This document shows positions 19,738-30,864 of a DNA stretch of 64,000 nt, one piece after another. Numbering within the stretch: the first letter of the stretch is position 1; each line of letters starts with the position of its first letter. The position numbers and the translations under genes are program-made. Source of the stretch: an uncultured virus (IMG/VR IMGVR_UViG_3300036769_000405) (taxonomy: Duplodnaviria > Heunggongvirae > Uroviricota > Caudoviricetes). Location of the stretch: IMG/VR virus record IMGVR_UViG_3300036769_000405; one strand, given 5' to 3'. The notes under the pieces were generated by a model, which ran no database searches, was not told the DNA's origin, and was given only the letters and a program-made list of their open reading frames with translations.

Positions 19738-21249
19738 ATGCATGGTATATGTAAATATGCTAAGGGATCATCCTTAGTGTTAGCTTTATCACTGCTTACA
19801 ATGCGCGTGCCTGTATTCGCTACAGCCACTACAAGTAACGCAGTGCAGGATATCATGAATGATGCTCGATTCCAGGGAGCCATAAGTTCTATTGAATGGC
19901 TTACTAATTTTATCGATCACTACTTCACGATTATCATTTCAGTAACAGCTTTCTTCATTATATCAGCAGCTTTGTTAAAGAATGTTTGTGCTGGTGCATA
20001 TGTAGCTAACCACAAGTTCTGGGATAAAGTTGCAGAAGCTCATGAGAAAGCAGATGCTGTAAGCCTTGCAGGAATCAAAGATTACTTTGGTGGCAAACAG
20101 TTTATGCAGACCGGTGCTGGTAGTATCAAAGATGCTTTATTGTGTTTTGTACCAAATATCAAAGCCTTAACTGACTTCGATGATGCTGATATTGAACCGA
20201 AAGCTTACTTCATGAAAGCAATTCCACAAATGCTTGTTTGTGTTATTATCGGTGTGTTCATCTATAATGGATACTATCGTGATACAGCTTCTGCTGTTGG
20301 AAGTTTTGGTTCTGAAATCTGTAACAGAGTTTTCGCTTCTGTTGACCCGGCTTCTTTTGTTGATAAGATCACTCTTACAACAAAGACACCTGATAACATA
20401 TATGAAAGTGATCAGACGTTACAAGGTCAGGATACGTATGCGATTTCATCAGCTATCTATAAAGTCATTATCAGTAATGCTACCGGATTAACCGAGGAAA
20501 CAAGTAAAGAGAAAGTTATGCGCACAGCTGAAAGTTTAGCTTATCAGCTTACAAGTAGTGAAGCATTCCAGTCTAAATTCTATAGTGATGCAAGATTGTA
20601 TGACTTCTCTACATCAAACCTCAAAGTAACGTTAACATTATCAATACCTGATAATTACTCTGGATCATTCTCAAGTCCGTATGTTGCTGCTGTTAGTGAT
20701 AGTAGTGATAGTCAGTATACTGTTACATGTTATCAGGATTTCACTAGTGAAGAGTGGGCAACTTACTTGGGTGAATATAAATTTATTTATTTATCAACAA
20801 CAATGAAAGGCAGCTCACGTTCTGATTCTACTGAGGGTAAAACCTCTACAACACCGTCACAGACAAGTTGGACTGATTCAACAGTTGATCCTATTGTTTT
20901 AAGTGTTAAGGCAAGTGTAGTTGATAGTAAGGACAGCGATGGAAATGCTTTATATAGCACGTCCAATGTTGCTATATCTTCTCTTATCTCTACAACAGCA
21001 CTTGAGCAGAAAGTAAAAGAGTACTGCTCAGCAAATAGCGTTAGTTACATAGATGGAACCATTAGTGTTGAAAGTTATAGTGGGTACAATGCAGGTTCCG
21101 GACAGAAACCTTGTATCAAGTTTAATAAAGTTAATTCTGGCGCTACAATCAATGTTACAGCATCCGTAGCATTTAAAGCTACATCAGATGGTACGAGTTC
21201 TAGAACTTATACCTTGAAAGTACCTATTACGTTCCAGTTACAACCTTAG
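19738..21249 (+). CDS. Membrane protein, putative transfer-apparatus component
   Basis: Signal peptide, N-terminal hydrophobic helices, Ser/Thr-rich beta C-terminus; context among large membrane genes. Confidence 0.65.
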   Translation: MHGICKYAKGSSLVLALSLLTMRVPVFATATTSNAVQDIMNDARFQGAISSIEWLTNFIDHYFTIIISVTAFFIISAALLKNVCAGAYVANHKFWDKVAEAHEKADAVSLAGIKDYFGGKQFMQTGAGSIKDALLCFVPNIKALTDFDDADIEPKAYFMKAIPQMLVCVIIGVFIYNGYYRDTASAVGSFGSEICNRVFASVDPASFVDKITLTTKTPDNIYESDQTLQGQDTYAISSAIYKVIISNATGLTEETSKEKVMRTAESLAYQLTSSEAFQSKFYSDARLYDFSTSNLKVTLTLSIPDNYSGSFSSPYVAAVSDSSDSQYTVTCYQDFTSEEWATYLGEYKFIYLSTTMKGSSRSDSTEGKTSTTPSQTSWTDSTVDPIVLSVKASVVDSKDSDGNALYSTSNVAISSLISTTALEQKVKEYCSANSVSYIDGTISVESYSGYNAGSGQKPCIKFNKVNSGATINVTASVAFKATSDGTSSRTYTLKVPITFQLQP

Positions 21250-21277
21250 TGGTTGTTAGTAAAGGAGATGTGAATAT

Positions 21278-24200
21278 ATGCTTAAAACTTTTGTAAAGAG
21301 ATGTATCGCATCTCTACTGATTGTTACAATTTGTGGTGGGATTATTTGTCCCACCACAAATATTTATGCTAATACGACAATAACCTCAAGCATGACAGCA
21401 TTTACAGAAACCGTTAGTGGTTATTATCCTACCACTACATTTAATGTTGCAGATGCTGAGTTAATTAAAATAAAATATAATAACACAACAGAATATTTTT
21501 TATGGGCTAATACTATTGCAACTACATCCATGATTGGGAATTATCAGTGGACAACAAATTCTGGATCATTGAATGGAGATGCTAACAGTTTCTCAACAGT
21601 ACTATCTAAGATTGATGACTCACTTGGAGTGGATGTTACAAGCGCTAACATCATGTCAGCTTTAAATAATTTAAGTTCTTCACAAGGAGCTTCTAATGCT
21701 GACTTGTCAAATATTAATCAGCGTATGGCAGCATTTTTATATATGCGTTTAAACCCTACATTGTTTAAAGGATCAGGTAATTCATATAAGTGGGAATCTG
21801 TAGAATCAATTGACGATTCAGATTATGCAGATATGTTAAACACAACCTTATCTTTAGGTTATAGTGAGTCTCTCAGTTATAAAATGTATAAAGCAGGTTT
21901 GTGTGCTTCAGATCAATTGCTACGTATTGATGGTTTATCTATCAATAGTAATTGGTATGGTAGTATTAACAATCTTGGAGTTGTTGCTATAGATACTATG
22001 ACTTCAACATCGAATGGTGGAGCATTTCCAACTGATATAGATGCTTCACAGGGAAATAGAGCATACAGCGTGAACAATAAAGTTTTCATAGCTAATGAAA
22101 TTGCTATATATACTTGCCTTGAAGAATACCTTGATTTTTATTTAGACTCTATGCCTCAGATTGCAAATTCAGCAGGGTGGGAAGAGAACTCTACATACAA
22201 AGCTCAATTAACTTACATTAAGACTTTTGCAGAAGCATTTGGAGATATGATTCCATTTATTGCAAAACTCTATACAAAGGTTAATTCCAATGCTAATGGA
22301 ATGTCTCTGCAAGATATGGTAAATAAGTCTGGTGCTTCAAGTAGTTCTCTGCAGGATGCATTTGATGTTGATATTTCCACATATACAGCACATACAGATA
22401 ATTCATCACCAGTCACTCAGTTCTATACTATTAATGCTTCTACAGGTATTATAAGTTATGATCGTGATGCTATTCTTGCTGATATAGATGTTGATACTAC
22501 TCAAGATGGTATCTTACAAGATTCTCAAGAGTCTCAGAGATATGATACAGCAACATCTGGAGATGAAGATGCTTATCAGATTGTTAATACTTTTTTAGGT
22601 GAGCAGGCCGATACTGCACAAAAGATTCTTAATGACTTCGCTGTTATTAATGATGAAACAGCACAGGTTAATGATCAGAATAGAGCTATAAACGATATTA
22701 TGGATATCTTTGCTACAGGTGGTGAAGGTAATATAATATTAAAAGTTTTTGAAGAATATTATGGAAATACCTGGACAACATCATTTGAACAAGCAATGCG
22801 CTTGAATAATACAGCTTCTGTAATGCAGTTGTTAAATGACCAAGATAAACTGAAACAGTTACAAGCCATCGTTGACGGTATGTCTAGTGATCTTACAGAG
22901 TACCTTGCTAATAACACAACAAGTATAGCTCAATTAAACACTGTGTTGGAGGGTGTGACAATATTAGATCATGGTGTTTCTGCAGAGGGTCAATCAACAT
23001 CCTATACTTCAGTAACTATAAATGATTATATTATTCAAGGCATGGCATTGAGTGCAACATTTATTCCAATGCGTACAAATCTTTACGCTCCGGAAACAAT
23101 AGCAACATTTAAGGATGATGACTCAGCTGACAGTTTTTACAACTTCTACATAGATTATGGATTTATGCGGAAAGCTCTGCTGATAGATACATCGGCAACC
23201 GCTGCTACGGATTATTATAATTCAAATGGACTATCTACTGGAAGTTTAAAAGTTTGTACGCTGAGAGATTTAATTGAATCAGGTGATAATGATGTTGTTC
23301 TATACATTGATTCTGAATTTTACAATGCAGAGGATGCTATTAATCAGGGCACAACGCTATTGTCAGCTGCAAGAGATAACCGTGTTAACTTGTGCCTAAG
23401 TTTGCAAGAGTTTACACCCATCTGGAAGAATGCTAGCTTTTGGACAAATAATTCATCAGTAGTTGTTAGTACTGTTAGTGACACAACATTGAAGAACTCT
23501 TTATTGAGTCTAATGACAGTAGATGCTGAAGATGATAAAAAATATAAGTTTGATATAGACGAATTACGTACAACCTATCGTAAATCATTACTTGATACTT
23601 ACAAATTTGACATAGATAAGTTTGATACAGAAGCTGATATGCAAGATTATGCAGATAATCTTGAGTACGCAAATTCAATGTCTACACAAGTTGCTGTAGA
23701 TAATCAAATGTTAAAAACAAATGGTTATACAACTTACAATAGTTCTGTTAGAGCAATACTAGCTGAGGTTGATGATTCAGATTATGTGAATCTTGCATCT
23801 GATAGTGATAGTACTTTCGAAGGTATCTTTCATATTGATTGGACTGATGATGACTATAATACTGATGATAATCCGGATACCATTGTTATGACCTCTGCTC
23901 AAATAAATCAGTACCTTAGTGGTGAAATGACTTATTCTGAAACAGTTAGAGATGAAGCAAACGGAACAGAAACTATTACAAAGTACACAGCTGATACTGG
24001 ATATACTCCACTTATGTCTTTAGCTTGGGTATCGTGTCTTTACAGAAATGCTAACACATATACATTAGCCAATACAGTCGAAAGTAATAATCCAGTGTTT
24101 ATGGCGTCAGATGATTTATGTGGAATTTCAGGTGCCAATCAGTGGTATCGCAATTCTCTATTAAATTATGCATTGCTGAAAAATCTTTCAGGAAATGCAC

Positions 24201-26692
24201 AGGTTGATATTTCCTATGTTACCGATTTAGATTGTCCTGTATACATGGATGTATTTGGTAATATATTAACTGAAAGCGGAACAGTCGTTATTCCTGCGGC
24301 TTGCAATGCAACCTTGCACGTAGGATCGTTTAAGGAATACGACTATGCAGTAGGGCTTTACTCATGTTATGGAAAAGAATATACAGTACCGAGTGACCTT
24401 AATGGCGCTCTGTCCGTACTCTATCCATACTTCACTGTTGATGAAAATGCAGGTGAATATGTTATCAATGGTATTACCATGAATGTAGGAAGCACTTCAG
24501 TTCGATTTGATAAGATTGATACTTACAGTGACGATACTAAGGAAGCTGTCGAGAATGCATACAAAGCAGCAATCTCCTCAGGATCTAGTACACGATTGAA
24601 CTGGATTGCTATAGTCAAGATTATCAATGAAGTTATGCGTGGAGCACCACTTGAGTCTATTGATAAAGAGGCTGAGGGGCTTTATGTTAACCAAACGAAG
24701 TCTGGACTGATGGCGGCTGCAAAATATGAATCATTACTTGATTCATTAAGTGCAAACGTCTCTAACACTTTACTATGCATACCTGATTTTTCTAGGATGG
24801 ATAACTTAGAAGTTTGGGTGGCGCTTTTAATAAAACTGATGATGGTTGCAACAGCGGCAGTCATTATCATAGCTATCTATCGAGATGGTGTATCAGGGCA
24901 GTTAGGTTTGCGTACAGTATTCACATCCCTAATGGCTATTGCTTTGACAGTTTCATGTATAGTAGTTGTACCTGCTGTATTTCAGTTAACTTATTATTCA
25001 GCAAATAAATTTTTGTTGGGTGATGAGGCAATGCGAATACTAATGGTTAATGAAGAGAAACGTCAAGGTGGTATGGAGATTGGTATTACTCAAACTAATA
25101 CTGTCGAGTCTAACGGTGAGTTCGCATTACAGTTAGACTGGATTAAGGTTCCATGGTACAATGAATTGGAAACAATGCTTTATGATTCTACTTTGGATAA
25201 TTTGCAAGAGACAAAGTTGGAAGCATATAAGACAAGTGCAATCTATAACAATTCTGACGTAACAATGTATAACGATGGTGCTTACATTACAACTGATGAT
25301 TTGTTTGATTCAGTGTCTATTGACTTTACATTTAATTCAACTTCCAGCCAGAAAGGTCTTTACTTGTATGCAAATGATTCACAGCAGACAGCTTCGTTTT
25401 ACAGTCCATACTATGCATTCCTTAAGATACTTGTTGCAAATGTCAATGAGTATAATCGCTGGTTAAATAATGGTGGTAATAGTTATTCTAGTGAGGACGA
25501 CGCTCTTGCTGCTGAAGAACTTGGTACAAGTGGTATCCTTGGTAGTTATAATTATACTGTCAAGTATATGTCTTCAAATAGACCGAAGACAGTTGGTTTA
25601 TGTGAGGCATATTTTGAGTCAGACGATTTCATGCTCTATGATGAGGATATCATGCGTCTTTGTCAGATTTATGGCTCTATTGAGAGTGATACAAATCCAG
25701 CTATGGATGCTATTGATTCTCATGAGTCTGGATTCAACAGAGCATTGCTTTTCGATGACAGTGACCTCACACAGTTTAGAGTATCTTACTGGTATAATAA
25801 TGATTTAGTTAGTTGTAGCCAAGATTATTACAATACAATTGGAAATACAGACTCTACTACACAATCTGAAAAACAAGCAGCTTACTTAGCAAGTTATCTT
25901 GATGACTTTTATACACGTGTATCAGCAATGGATAGTTATGCTAGGGATTTCATAGCTAATAATAAAGATATGTTAGGTAAAGTGTCAGATGAGACTTTTC
26001 TTAAAGTTATGGCGCTTAACATGGCTATCAAGTACAATCAGCTTTTTGGTGTCCCCTCAGCAAATTCATTAGAGATATACAATATGAATTCCGAAGACTT
26101 GGTAAGACTTTGCATTGTAAAATCAGATGAAGCAGTTATGGCAACGTCTATGTCATTTCCACGTTTTGTGTATACATTTGGTGGTGAAGCTGGTGTATAT
26201 ATGGCAGCTGTATTGTCAATCATTTTATGGCTTGGATCATTTATTAAACCTCTATGCACAATAATCGTTTTTATATCAGTCTTTTTGTCAATATTTATAT
26301 TTCGTGTTGTATTACGAAAACCTAGTGCTAATTTGTGGGGCTATCTTATAACTGTTACTCTTCTTTGTGCAACTAACTTACTTCATGCTCTAATATTAAA
26401 AATTGGGGTGAGCCTACCTAATATAGGGTTGTCTACACTTGGGTGTTTAATATTCATGATTATAGGACAAGTTGCATACTTGCTTGTCTTGGCTTATGTG
26501 ACAGGCATCTCTCTGAAAGACTGGTCTAATCTTGGATTAGTTGAATATCAGAAAGAAGCTAATAACATCAAGTCTAAGTTCTCTAAGGACGATTCAGGAG
26601 CTTTATTGAGTGGCAAACTGAAGCACCATGATAACAATTGGGACTACTATAATGATCTTGTTGATCAGCACAGGAAACGTAATAAGTCTTAA
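21278..26692 (+). CDS. Giant polytopic membrane protein (1804 aa), VirB6-like position in a putative T4SS
   Basis: Signal peptide, large acidic exported domains, 2 TMs near aa 1180-1240 and about 4 TMs at the C-terminus. The VirB6 role is inferred from topology and context only. Confidence 0.6.
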   Translation: MLKTFVKRCIASLLIVTICGGIICPTTNIYANTTITSSMTAFTETVSGYYPTTTFNVADAELIKIKYNNTTEYFLWANTIATTSMIGNYQWTTNSGSLNGDANSFSTVLSKIDDSLGVDVTSANIMSALNNLSSSQGASNADLSNINQRMAAFLYMRLNPTLFKGSGNSYKWESVESIDDSDYADMLNTTLSLGYSESLSYKMYKAGLCASDQLLRIDGLSINSNWYGSINNLGVVAIDTMTSTSNGGAFPTDIDASQGNRAYSVNNKVFIANEIAIYTCLEEYLDFYLDSMPQIANSAGWEENSTYKAQLTYIKTFAEAFGDMIPFIAKLYTKVNSNANGMSLQDMVNKSGASSSSLQDAFDVDISTYTAHTDNSSPVTQFYTINASTGIISYDRDAILADIDVDTTQDGILQDSQESQRYDTATSGDEDAYQIVNTFLGEQADTAQKILNDFAVINDETAQVNDQNRAINDIMDIFATGGEGNIILKVFEEYYGNTWTTSFEQAMRLNNTASVMQLLNDQDKLKQLQAIVDGMSSDLTEYLANNTTSIAQLNTVLEGVTILDHGVSAEGQSTSYTSVTINDYIIQGMALSATFIPMRTNLYAPETIATFKDDDSADSFYNFYIDYGFMRKALLIDTSATAATDYYNSNGLSTGSLKVCTLRDLIESGDNDVVLYIDSEFYNAEDAINQGTTLLSAARDNRVNLCLSLQEFTPIWKNASFWTNNSSVVVSTVSDTTLKNSLLSLMTVDAEDDKKYKFDIDELRTTYRKSLLDTYKFDIDKFDTEADMQDYADNLEYANSMSTQVAVDNQMLKTNGYTTYNSSVRAILAEVDDSDYVNLASDSDSTFEGIFHIDWTDDDYNTDDNPDTIVMTSAQINQYLSGEMTYSETVRDEANGTETITKYTADTGYTPLMSLAWVSCLYRNANTYTLANTVESNNPVFMASDDLCGISGANQWYRNSLLNYALLKNLSGNAQVDISYVTDLDCPVYMDVFGNILTESGTVVIPAACNATLHVGSFKEYDYAVGLYSCYGKEYTVPSDLNGALSVLYPYFTVDENAGEYVINGITMNVGSTSVRFDKIDTYSDDTKEAVENAYKAAISSGSSTRLNWIAIVKIINEVMRGAPLESIDKEAEGLYVNQTKSGLMAAAKYESLLDSLSANVSNTLLCIPDFSRMDNLEVWVALLIKLMMVATAAVIIIAIYRDGVSGQLGLRTVFTSLMAIALTVSCIVVVPAVFQLTYYSANKFLLGDEAMRILMVNEEKRQGGMEIGITQTNTVESNGEFALQLDWIKVPWYNELETMLYDSTLDNLQETKLEAYKTSAIYNNSDVTMYNDGAYITTDDLFDSVSIDFTFNSTSSQKGLYLYANDSQQTASFYSPYYAFLKILVANVNEYNRWLNNGGNSYSSEDDALAAEELGTSGILGSYNYTVKYMSSNRPKTVGLCEAYFESDDFMLYDEDIMRLCQIYGSIESDTNPAMDAIDSHESGFNRALLFDDSDLTQFRVSYWYNNDLVSCSQDYYNTIGNTDSTTQSEKQAAYLASYLDDFYTRVSAMDSYARDFIANNKDMLGKVSDETFLKVMALNMAIKYNQLFGVPSANSLEIYNMNSEDLVRLCIVKSDEAVMATSMSFPRFVYTFGGEAGVYMAAVLSIILWLGSFIKPLCTIIVFISVFLSIFIFRVVLRKPSANLWGYLITVTLLCATNLLHALILKIGVSLPNIGLSTLGCLIFMIIGQVAYLLVLAYVTGISLKDWSNLGLVEYQKEANNIKSKFSKDDSGALLSGKLKHHDNNWDYYNDLVDQHRKRNKS

Positions 26693-26700
26693 GTATTTAT

Positions 26701-26729
26701 GCAGTAGATTAAGTGCACTAGTCTACTGC
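26701..26729 (+). terminator. Hairpin after giant membrane gene
   Basis: GCAGTAGA...TCTACTGC, flanked on both sides by TAAGTATTTA. Confidence 0.45.
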
Positions 26730-26761
26730 GCTAAGTATTTAAGTATTAGAGGGTTTTTATT

Positions 26762-27244
26762 ATGTTTGAAGTATTTAAAAGGAAACGTTCAAAAATCTTA
26801 TGTGACTTCTACGATTCGGATCTTTACATATTTGTGAGATTTTGTTTAATTCTTGCTTATGCTACATTAGTTGTATTCATAATGAGTAAAGATTTTACGT
26901 TGATGTTTATTTTACTACTGATTTTAACGCCAGTGTTATCATTAGCTTGTGATAAAATATTGTATGTAAATGTTGTAGCTTCTGCATTTATAAAGTACAA
27001 CAAGAGTTATTACTATATACAAATGAATTATATGTGTGATTCAACGCAAGCCTTTGTTATAGCATTAAAGTCTTATTTAGAATCTAATGAAATAGTAGAT
27101 GGTATTGGTAGCATAACGTATTTAAATGAGATGGAATTAGCAAAAATAACTCCTAAGTATATTTGGATTGAATATACAGATAGTAATAATGTTAGAGTTA
27201 AAAAGAGATTAAGAAACTCTTATGATTTAGATATCATTTCATAA
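26762..27244 (+). CDS. Two-TM membrane protein
   Basis: GAGGG RBS; two hydrophobic helices. Confidence 0.65.
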   Translation: MFEVFKRKRSKILCDFYDSDLYIFVRFCLILAYATLVVFIMSKDFTLMFILLLILTPVLSLACDKILYVNVVASAFIKYNKSYYYIQMNYMCDSTQAFVIALKSYLESNEIVDGIGSITYLNEMELAKITPKYIWIEYTDSNNVRVKKRLRNSYDLDIIS

Positions 27245-27261
27245 CTTATAAGGAGTAAATT

Positions 27262-28212
27262 ATGAATGACGAGAAAGAAAAAGATACCATAGGAATGTTA
27301 TTAGATATCGAACATTTATATGGTGAACACGAGGGACGACTAGGTCCTGTATTAGCTACAATGGGAATTTGTGTTGCTCCAGTATTGTTCTACATTTATT
27401 TTGGATGGTATGGAATAATTCCTATCTGGCTTGCAATACCCATTGAATTATTTATCTGTATTAGAACTATTATGATAATACAGGGACGTGAACGTTATAG
27501 AAAGAAAGCTTTCTTGAACATGTTAAATAGTAATTACACGAATGCTGCTAAACTTCTTAACGTTAAAGTTATACATCCAGATGGATGTATTGAGTATATA
27601 AATGGTAAAGTAGGATACCTAGTTTGTTGTTTCAATGGAACGACATCAGATGAAGTTATGCGTAGTGTTCAGTTAAGAAAATTCTTAGAGAACATGCTTA
27701 ATGATTATGACTATGATACATACATACAGAATGTGAACGACTCACCCACATTACGTGATTATTACAATAAGGTTTCTAACTTTGGACACAATGATTCAGC
27801 TAAAAACTTTATTGGTATAATTGATCATAGCATTGAATTAACAGCCGATACTTCTAAAGTCCAGTGTACTATTTATATGATCAAAGGTTATAAATCAGAT
27901 TGGAAATCTATAAAGACTTCTATTGATTCTGCACTTAAAAGCAGAACTGCAAAGTGTTATAAAACTGTTTATCGTGTTTCAGAACCTGATATTGTTAATG
28001 ATATTTTGAATAGAGATATTGATAGTATAATTAATCTCTCCGATTTAACACGCAGAAAGTATGCGACACAACAGTTTGATACTTCTAAGGTTCTAGCTTA
28101 TGACTTACCTGACGACAAAGAAATTATTCAAGGTAAGAGTGCTGCAAAACCTGTGATAGTTGAGGAACCTCCAAAGAAAAGCTTTCATGTTAGTTATAAG
28201 GAGAATGGATAA
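27262..28212 (+). CDS. PrgI/VirB3-like two-TM protein with cytoplasmic domain
   Basis: N-terminal TM pair followed by an alpha/beta domain; upstream of the VirB4-like gene. Family assignment is by analogy. Confidence 0.45.
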   Translation: MNDEKEKDTIGMLLDIEHLYGEHEGRLGPVLATMGICVAPVLFYIYFGWYGIIPIWLAIPIELFICIRTIMIIQGRERYRKKAFLNMLNSNYTNAAKLLNVKVIHPDGCIEYINGKVGYLVCCFNGTTSDEVMRSVQLRKFLENMLNDYDYDTYIQNVNDSPTLRDYYNKVSNFGHNDSAKNFIGIIDHSIELTADTSKVQCTIYMIKGYKSDWKSIKTSIDSALKSRTAKCYKTVYRVSEPDIVNDILNRDIDSIINLSDLTRRKYATQQFDTSKVLAYDLPDDKEIIQGKSAAKPVIVEEPPKKSFHVSYKENG

Positions 28213-28214
28213 CA

Positions 28215-28514
28215 ATGAATAAAGCATTACGTGTTAACATTGTACATATGTTATTCTACATGATTACAGGATTTGTTTTACATAATTTTGTTTTACAATT
28301 CTATTATGTAGTGCTTGGTATTATCATGTTCTTTAATGTAGGATATGGTATAGCACGTGTAACTTACTTACCTACTTACAGTAAGTATTTCAAGGCTAAA
28401 GGTTATAATCTGGAAAGCACTACAAAACAATACATTATTGGAATGATTATAAGTTTAGGTGGATTCGCTGTTCCTATACTTGTAGATCTTATTATCTTCA
28501 TCATTTACAGATAA
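28215..28514 (+). CDS. Small three-TM membrane protein
   Basis: 99 aa, highly hydrophobic. Confidence 0.65.
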   Translation: MNKALRVNIVHMLFYMITGFVLHNFVLQFYYVVLGIIMFFNVGYGIARVTYLPTYSKYFKAKGYNLESTTKQYIIGMIISLGGFAVPILVDLIIFIIYR

Positions 28515-28533
28515 GCCAGAGAGGTAATACAAC

Positions 28534-29745
28534 ATGACTTCTAAAACTATTGTTATAGTATCCGGAATAGTTGATGCTACTATCAAAGAGTATCAACCCG
28601 ATGTTGAATTCAAGATATTCAAAACGATGGATGGATTGGCTGAAGCACTTGAGCAAAACCCTATTCGTGCTGAACTTCTTTTCTTTACTAAAGATGTTGT
28701 TGCAGGTGCTGCCTCAACATTTTCTTTCCTAAAAGATTTAACACTTAACAATGATTTCTTTCAGGTAGATAGGGTTATTTACATTACAGAAGAAGACTCA
28801 CAGGAGTTGTCTTCTTTCAATTATCTTGTTGAAGAATTTGAGTTAAGTAATTGGGAAGTAATTAAAGGACCAGCTAACCGGTCCTTTGTTCAGGAAGTAA
28901 TCAATGGAACATATCGCGAAGATAATCTCGATGTACATAGAAAGGTAGTTATACGACGTCCTAGAGCAGATTATATCAAACAGCAACTTAAACATCAGGA
29001 TTCATTGGAAGAGGAATATACAGATGATGAACATGATTTGATGGACATTCCTGATGAAGAGATTCCTGAAGTAGATATTGAGGAACGTCCTAACATCCTT
29101 CAAAAAGTCTATATTGCTGGTCGTAAATGTAAAGAGCGTACAGCCTTTGCTGTATTAGCAGCTCAGTATCTTGCGAGAACTGATAAGGTTCTTTTAGTAG
29201 AATCTGATCCGAATTATCACTTAACAACAGAGTTTATAACAAAGGCTAAAGTACCTTGTTCTGTTATAACAATGACTGAGATTTATGATGATATTTCTCA
29301 AGCCATTGAACGTATTGTTAATGCTGATAATAATCTTGTTGTAATTGAATGTATTGATAGAATACCATTTGATTACAAGTACATGTTATCGTTACTCTAT
29401 TATACTCTGATGACAGAATTCACTTATATCATTTGTGAAACTGATATTAGTGAACTTCCATATGACACGCCTGTTACAGTTGTTATACCTAGTACAGTTA
29501 CAGATATTCTTGCTACTGGAGAATTAATTGATAAATCTTTTGTTCCATATTGCAGATTTGTAGGTGTTGATTTAAAAGAATTACCTGAAACACATATTAG
29601 CTCAGGTGTTGTCATGAGTAAAATTTTGAACGATATTTTAACAGAAACAAATATTATATGTCCAGTTGTAACAATATCTGGACTTCGCTTAGGAAAGAGT
29701 GCATATGACCTTGGCGGTATACTTGGAAGAGGTGTCCTACTATGA
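28534..29745 (+). CDS. Receiver-like N-terminus + degenerate MinD/ParA-like domain (CpaE/TadZ-like architecture)
   Basis: KVYIAGRKCKERTAFAVLAAQYLARTDKVLLVESD mirrors MinD G-K-GG-GKT...KVLLID.D but with a degenerate Walker A. Confidence 0.55.
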   Translation: MTSKTIVIVSGIVDATIKEYQPDVEFKIFKTMDGLAEALEQNPIRAELLFFTKDVVAGAASTFSFLKDLTLNNDFFQVDRVIYITEEDSQELSSFNYLVEEFELSNWEVIKGPANRSFVQEVINGTYREDNLDVHRKVVIRRPRADYIKQQLKHQDSLEEEYTDDEHDLMDIPDEEIPEVDIEERPNILQKVYIAGRKCKERTAFAVLAAQYLARTDKVLLVESDPNYHLTTEFITKAKVPCSVITMTEIYDDISQAIERIVNADNNLVVIECIDRIPFDYKYMLSLLYYTLMTEFTYIICETDISELPYDTPVTVVIPSTVTDILATGELIDKSFVPYCRFVGVDLKELPETHISSGVVMSKILNDILTETNIICPVVTISGLRLGKSAYDLGGILGRGVLL

Positions 29746-30863
29746 AATATGTAGCAGTTACCAAAGTTGATAATGATATTATTATACATGGTGATAGTTG
29801 TTGTACTACACTACAAGAACTTTACACTGCACTCGTAGATAAGAATACAACAGAGATTGAGATAAGAAAAGATTTTGCTACAGAGAATTTTACTTATTCA
29901 GGTCTTTGTGATTTTGTAGAATATTCAGCAGCCATTGTTCCTCATGTACGTATACTTGTTGATGAAACTGTATATGATACAGTAGCAGAAGCAGTACGTG
30001 ATTTAAAAGGTTATACACGACCTGATGAATTTATATATGCTTTAGAGCATAACCCTACACGTGTTCTGTCTACAATTCAAACCCTGTGTAATTATTATTT
30101 GCAGGTGCATGATGAGTCTGCTATTGCTAACAACAAAATAGCTACACAATTAATTCAGATTGAAGAACTTAATAAGGAATTAGGTTATATTAAAACAGAT
30201 TATAACAAACTACTTGAAACAAAGAATGATGTAGATGCTAAATTGCATGCTCTCGTTTCTAGAGTTAACTTCAGATATGAAAAGACTGTTAACGCTGACA
30301 GTATGTTTATAGCAAGTAGTAATAACTATAACCACATTCTTTATGTAAAAGAGATTACCCGTGTTCATTATACAGATACATTGTTATATTATTTGCAGGA
30401 GATTCTCAAAACACTTTATGGTGCCCCTGTCCGTACCGTAGTAATTGAACCTTATTATTCCTACGGACGTGCAGCTCTCTATCCAACAATGAAACCACAT
30501 TGGAATTTAAGTTATAAGGACGTATATGCTGGAGATATCTTCATGGCTGGATATCAGCCAAAACTTATGTCAGATATTTTGCAGGATCCTAATCATGTTA
30601 ATTATCTGATCGTATTGGATCGTGGTGGTTATTCTTATCCACATATTGATTGTGGTAATGTTACAGTAATTTATACAGCTTCTGATATAGAAGATGTTGA
30701 TAAAACAATTGTACGAGACCGCGTAATCTCCTATAGTGAAAAAACACTTTATATTCCATACATTGATGACTTTGATCAACTTAGCCCAGAGGAAAAGATT
30801 CAGAAGTATTCTTCGATGAAAGTCACAAAGGCGCTTATTAAATACTTAGAGGAGGTAAACTAA
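29742..30863 (+). CDS. Coiled-coil protein with C-terminal alpha/beta (P-loop-remnant-like) domain
   Basis: Heptad region aa 125-175; NYLIVLDR Walker-B-like strand; overlaps the upstream stop. Confidence 0.55.
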   Translation: MKYVAVTKVDNDIIIHGDSCCTTLQELYTALVDKNTTEIEIRKDFATENFTYSGLCDFVEYSAAIVPHVRILVDETVYDTVAEAVRDLKGYTRPDEFIYALEHNPTRVLSTIQTLCNYYLQVHDESAIANNKIATQLIQIEELNKELGYIKTDYNKLLETKNDVDAKLHALVSRVNFRYEKTVNADSMFIASSNNYNHILYVKEITRVHYTDTLLYYLQEILKTLYGAPVRTVVIEPYYSYGRAALYPTMKPHWNLSYKDVYAGDIFMAGYQPKLMSDILQDPNHVNYLIVLDRGGYSYPHIDCGNVTVIYTASDIEDVDKTIVRDRVISYSEKTLYIPYIDDFDQLSPEEKIQKYSSMKVTKALIKYLEEVN

Positions 30864-30864
30864 G

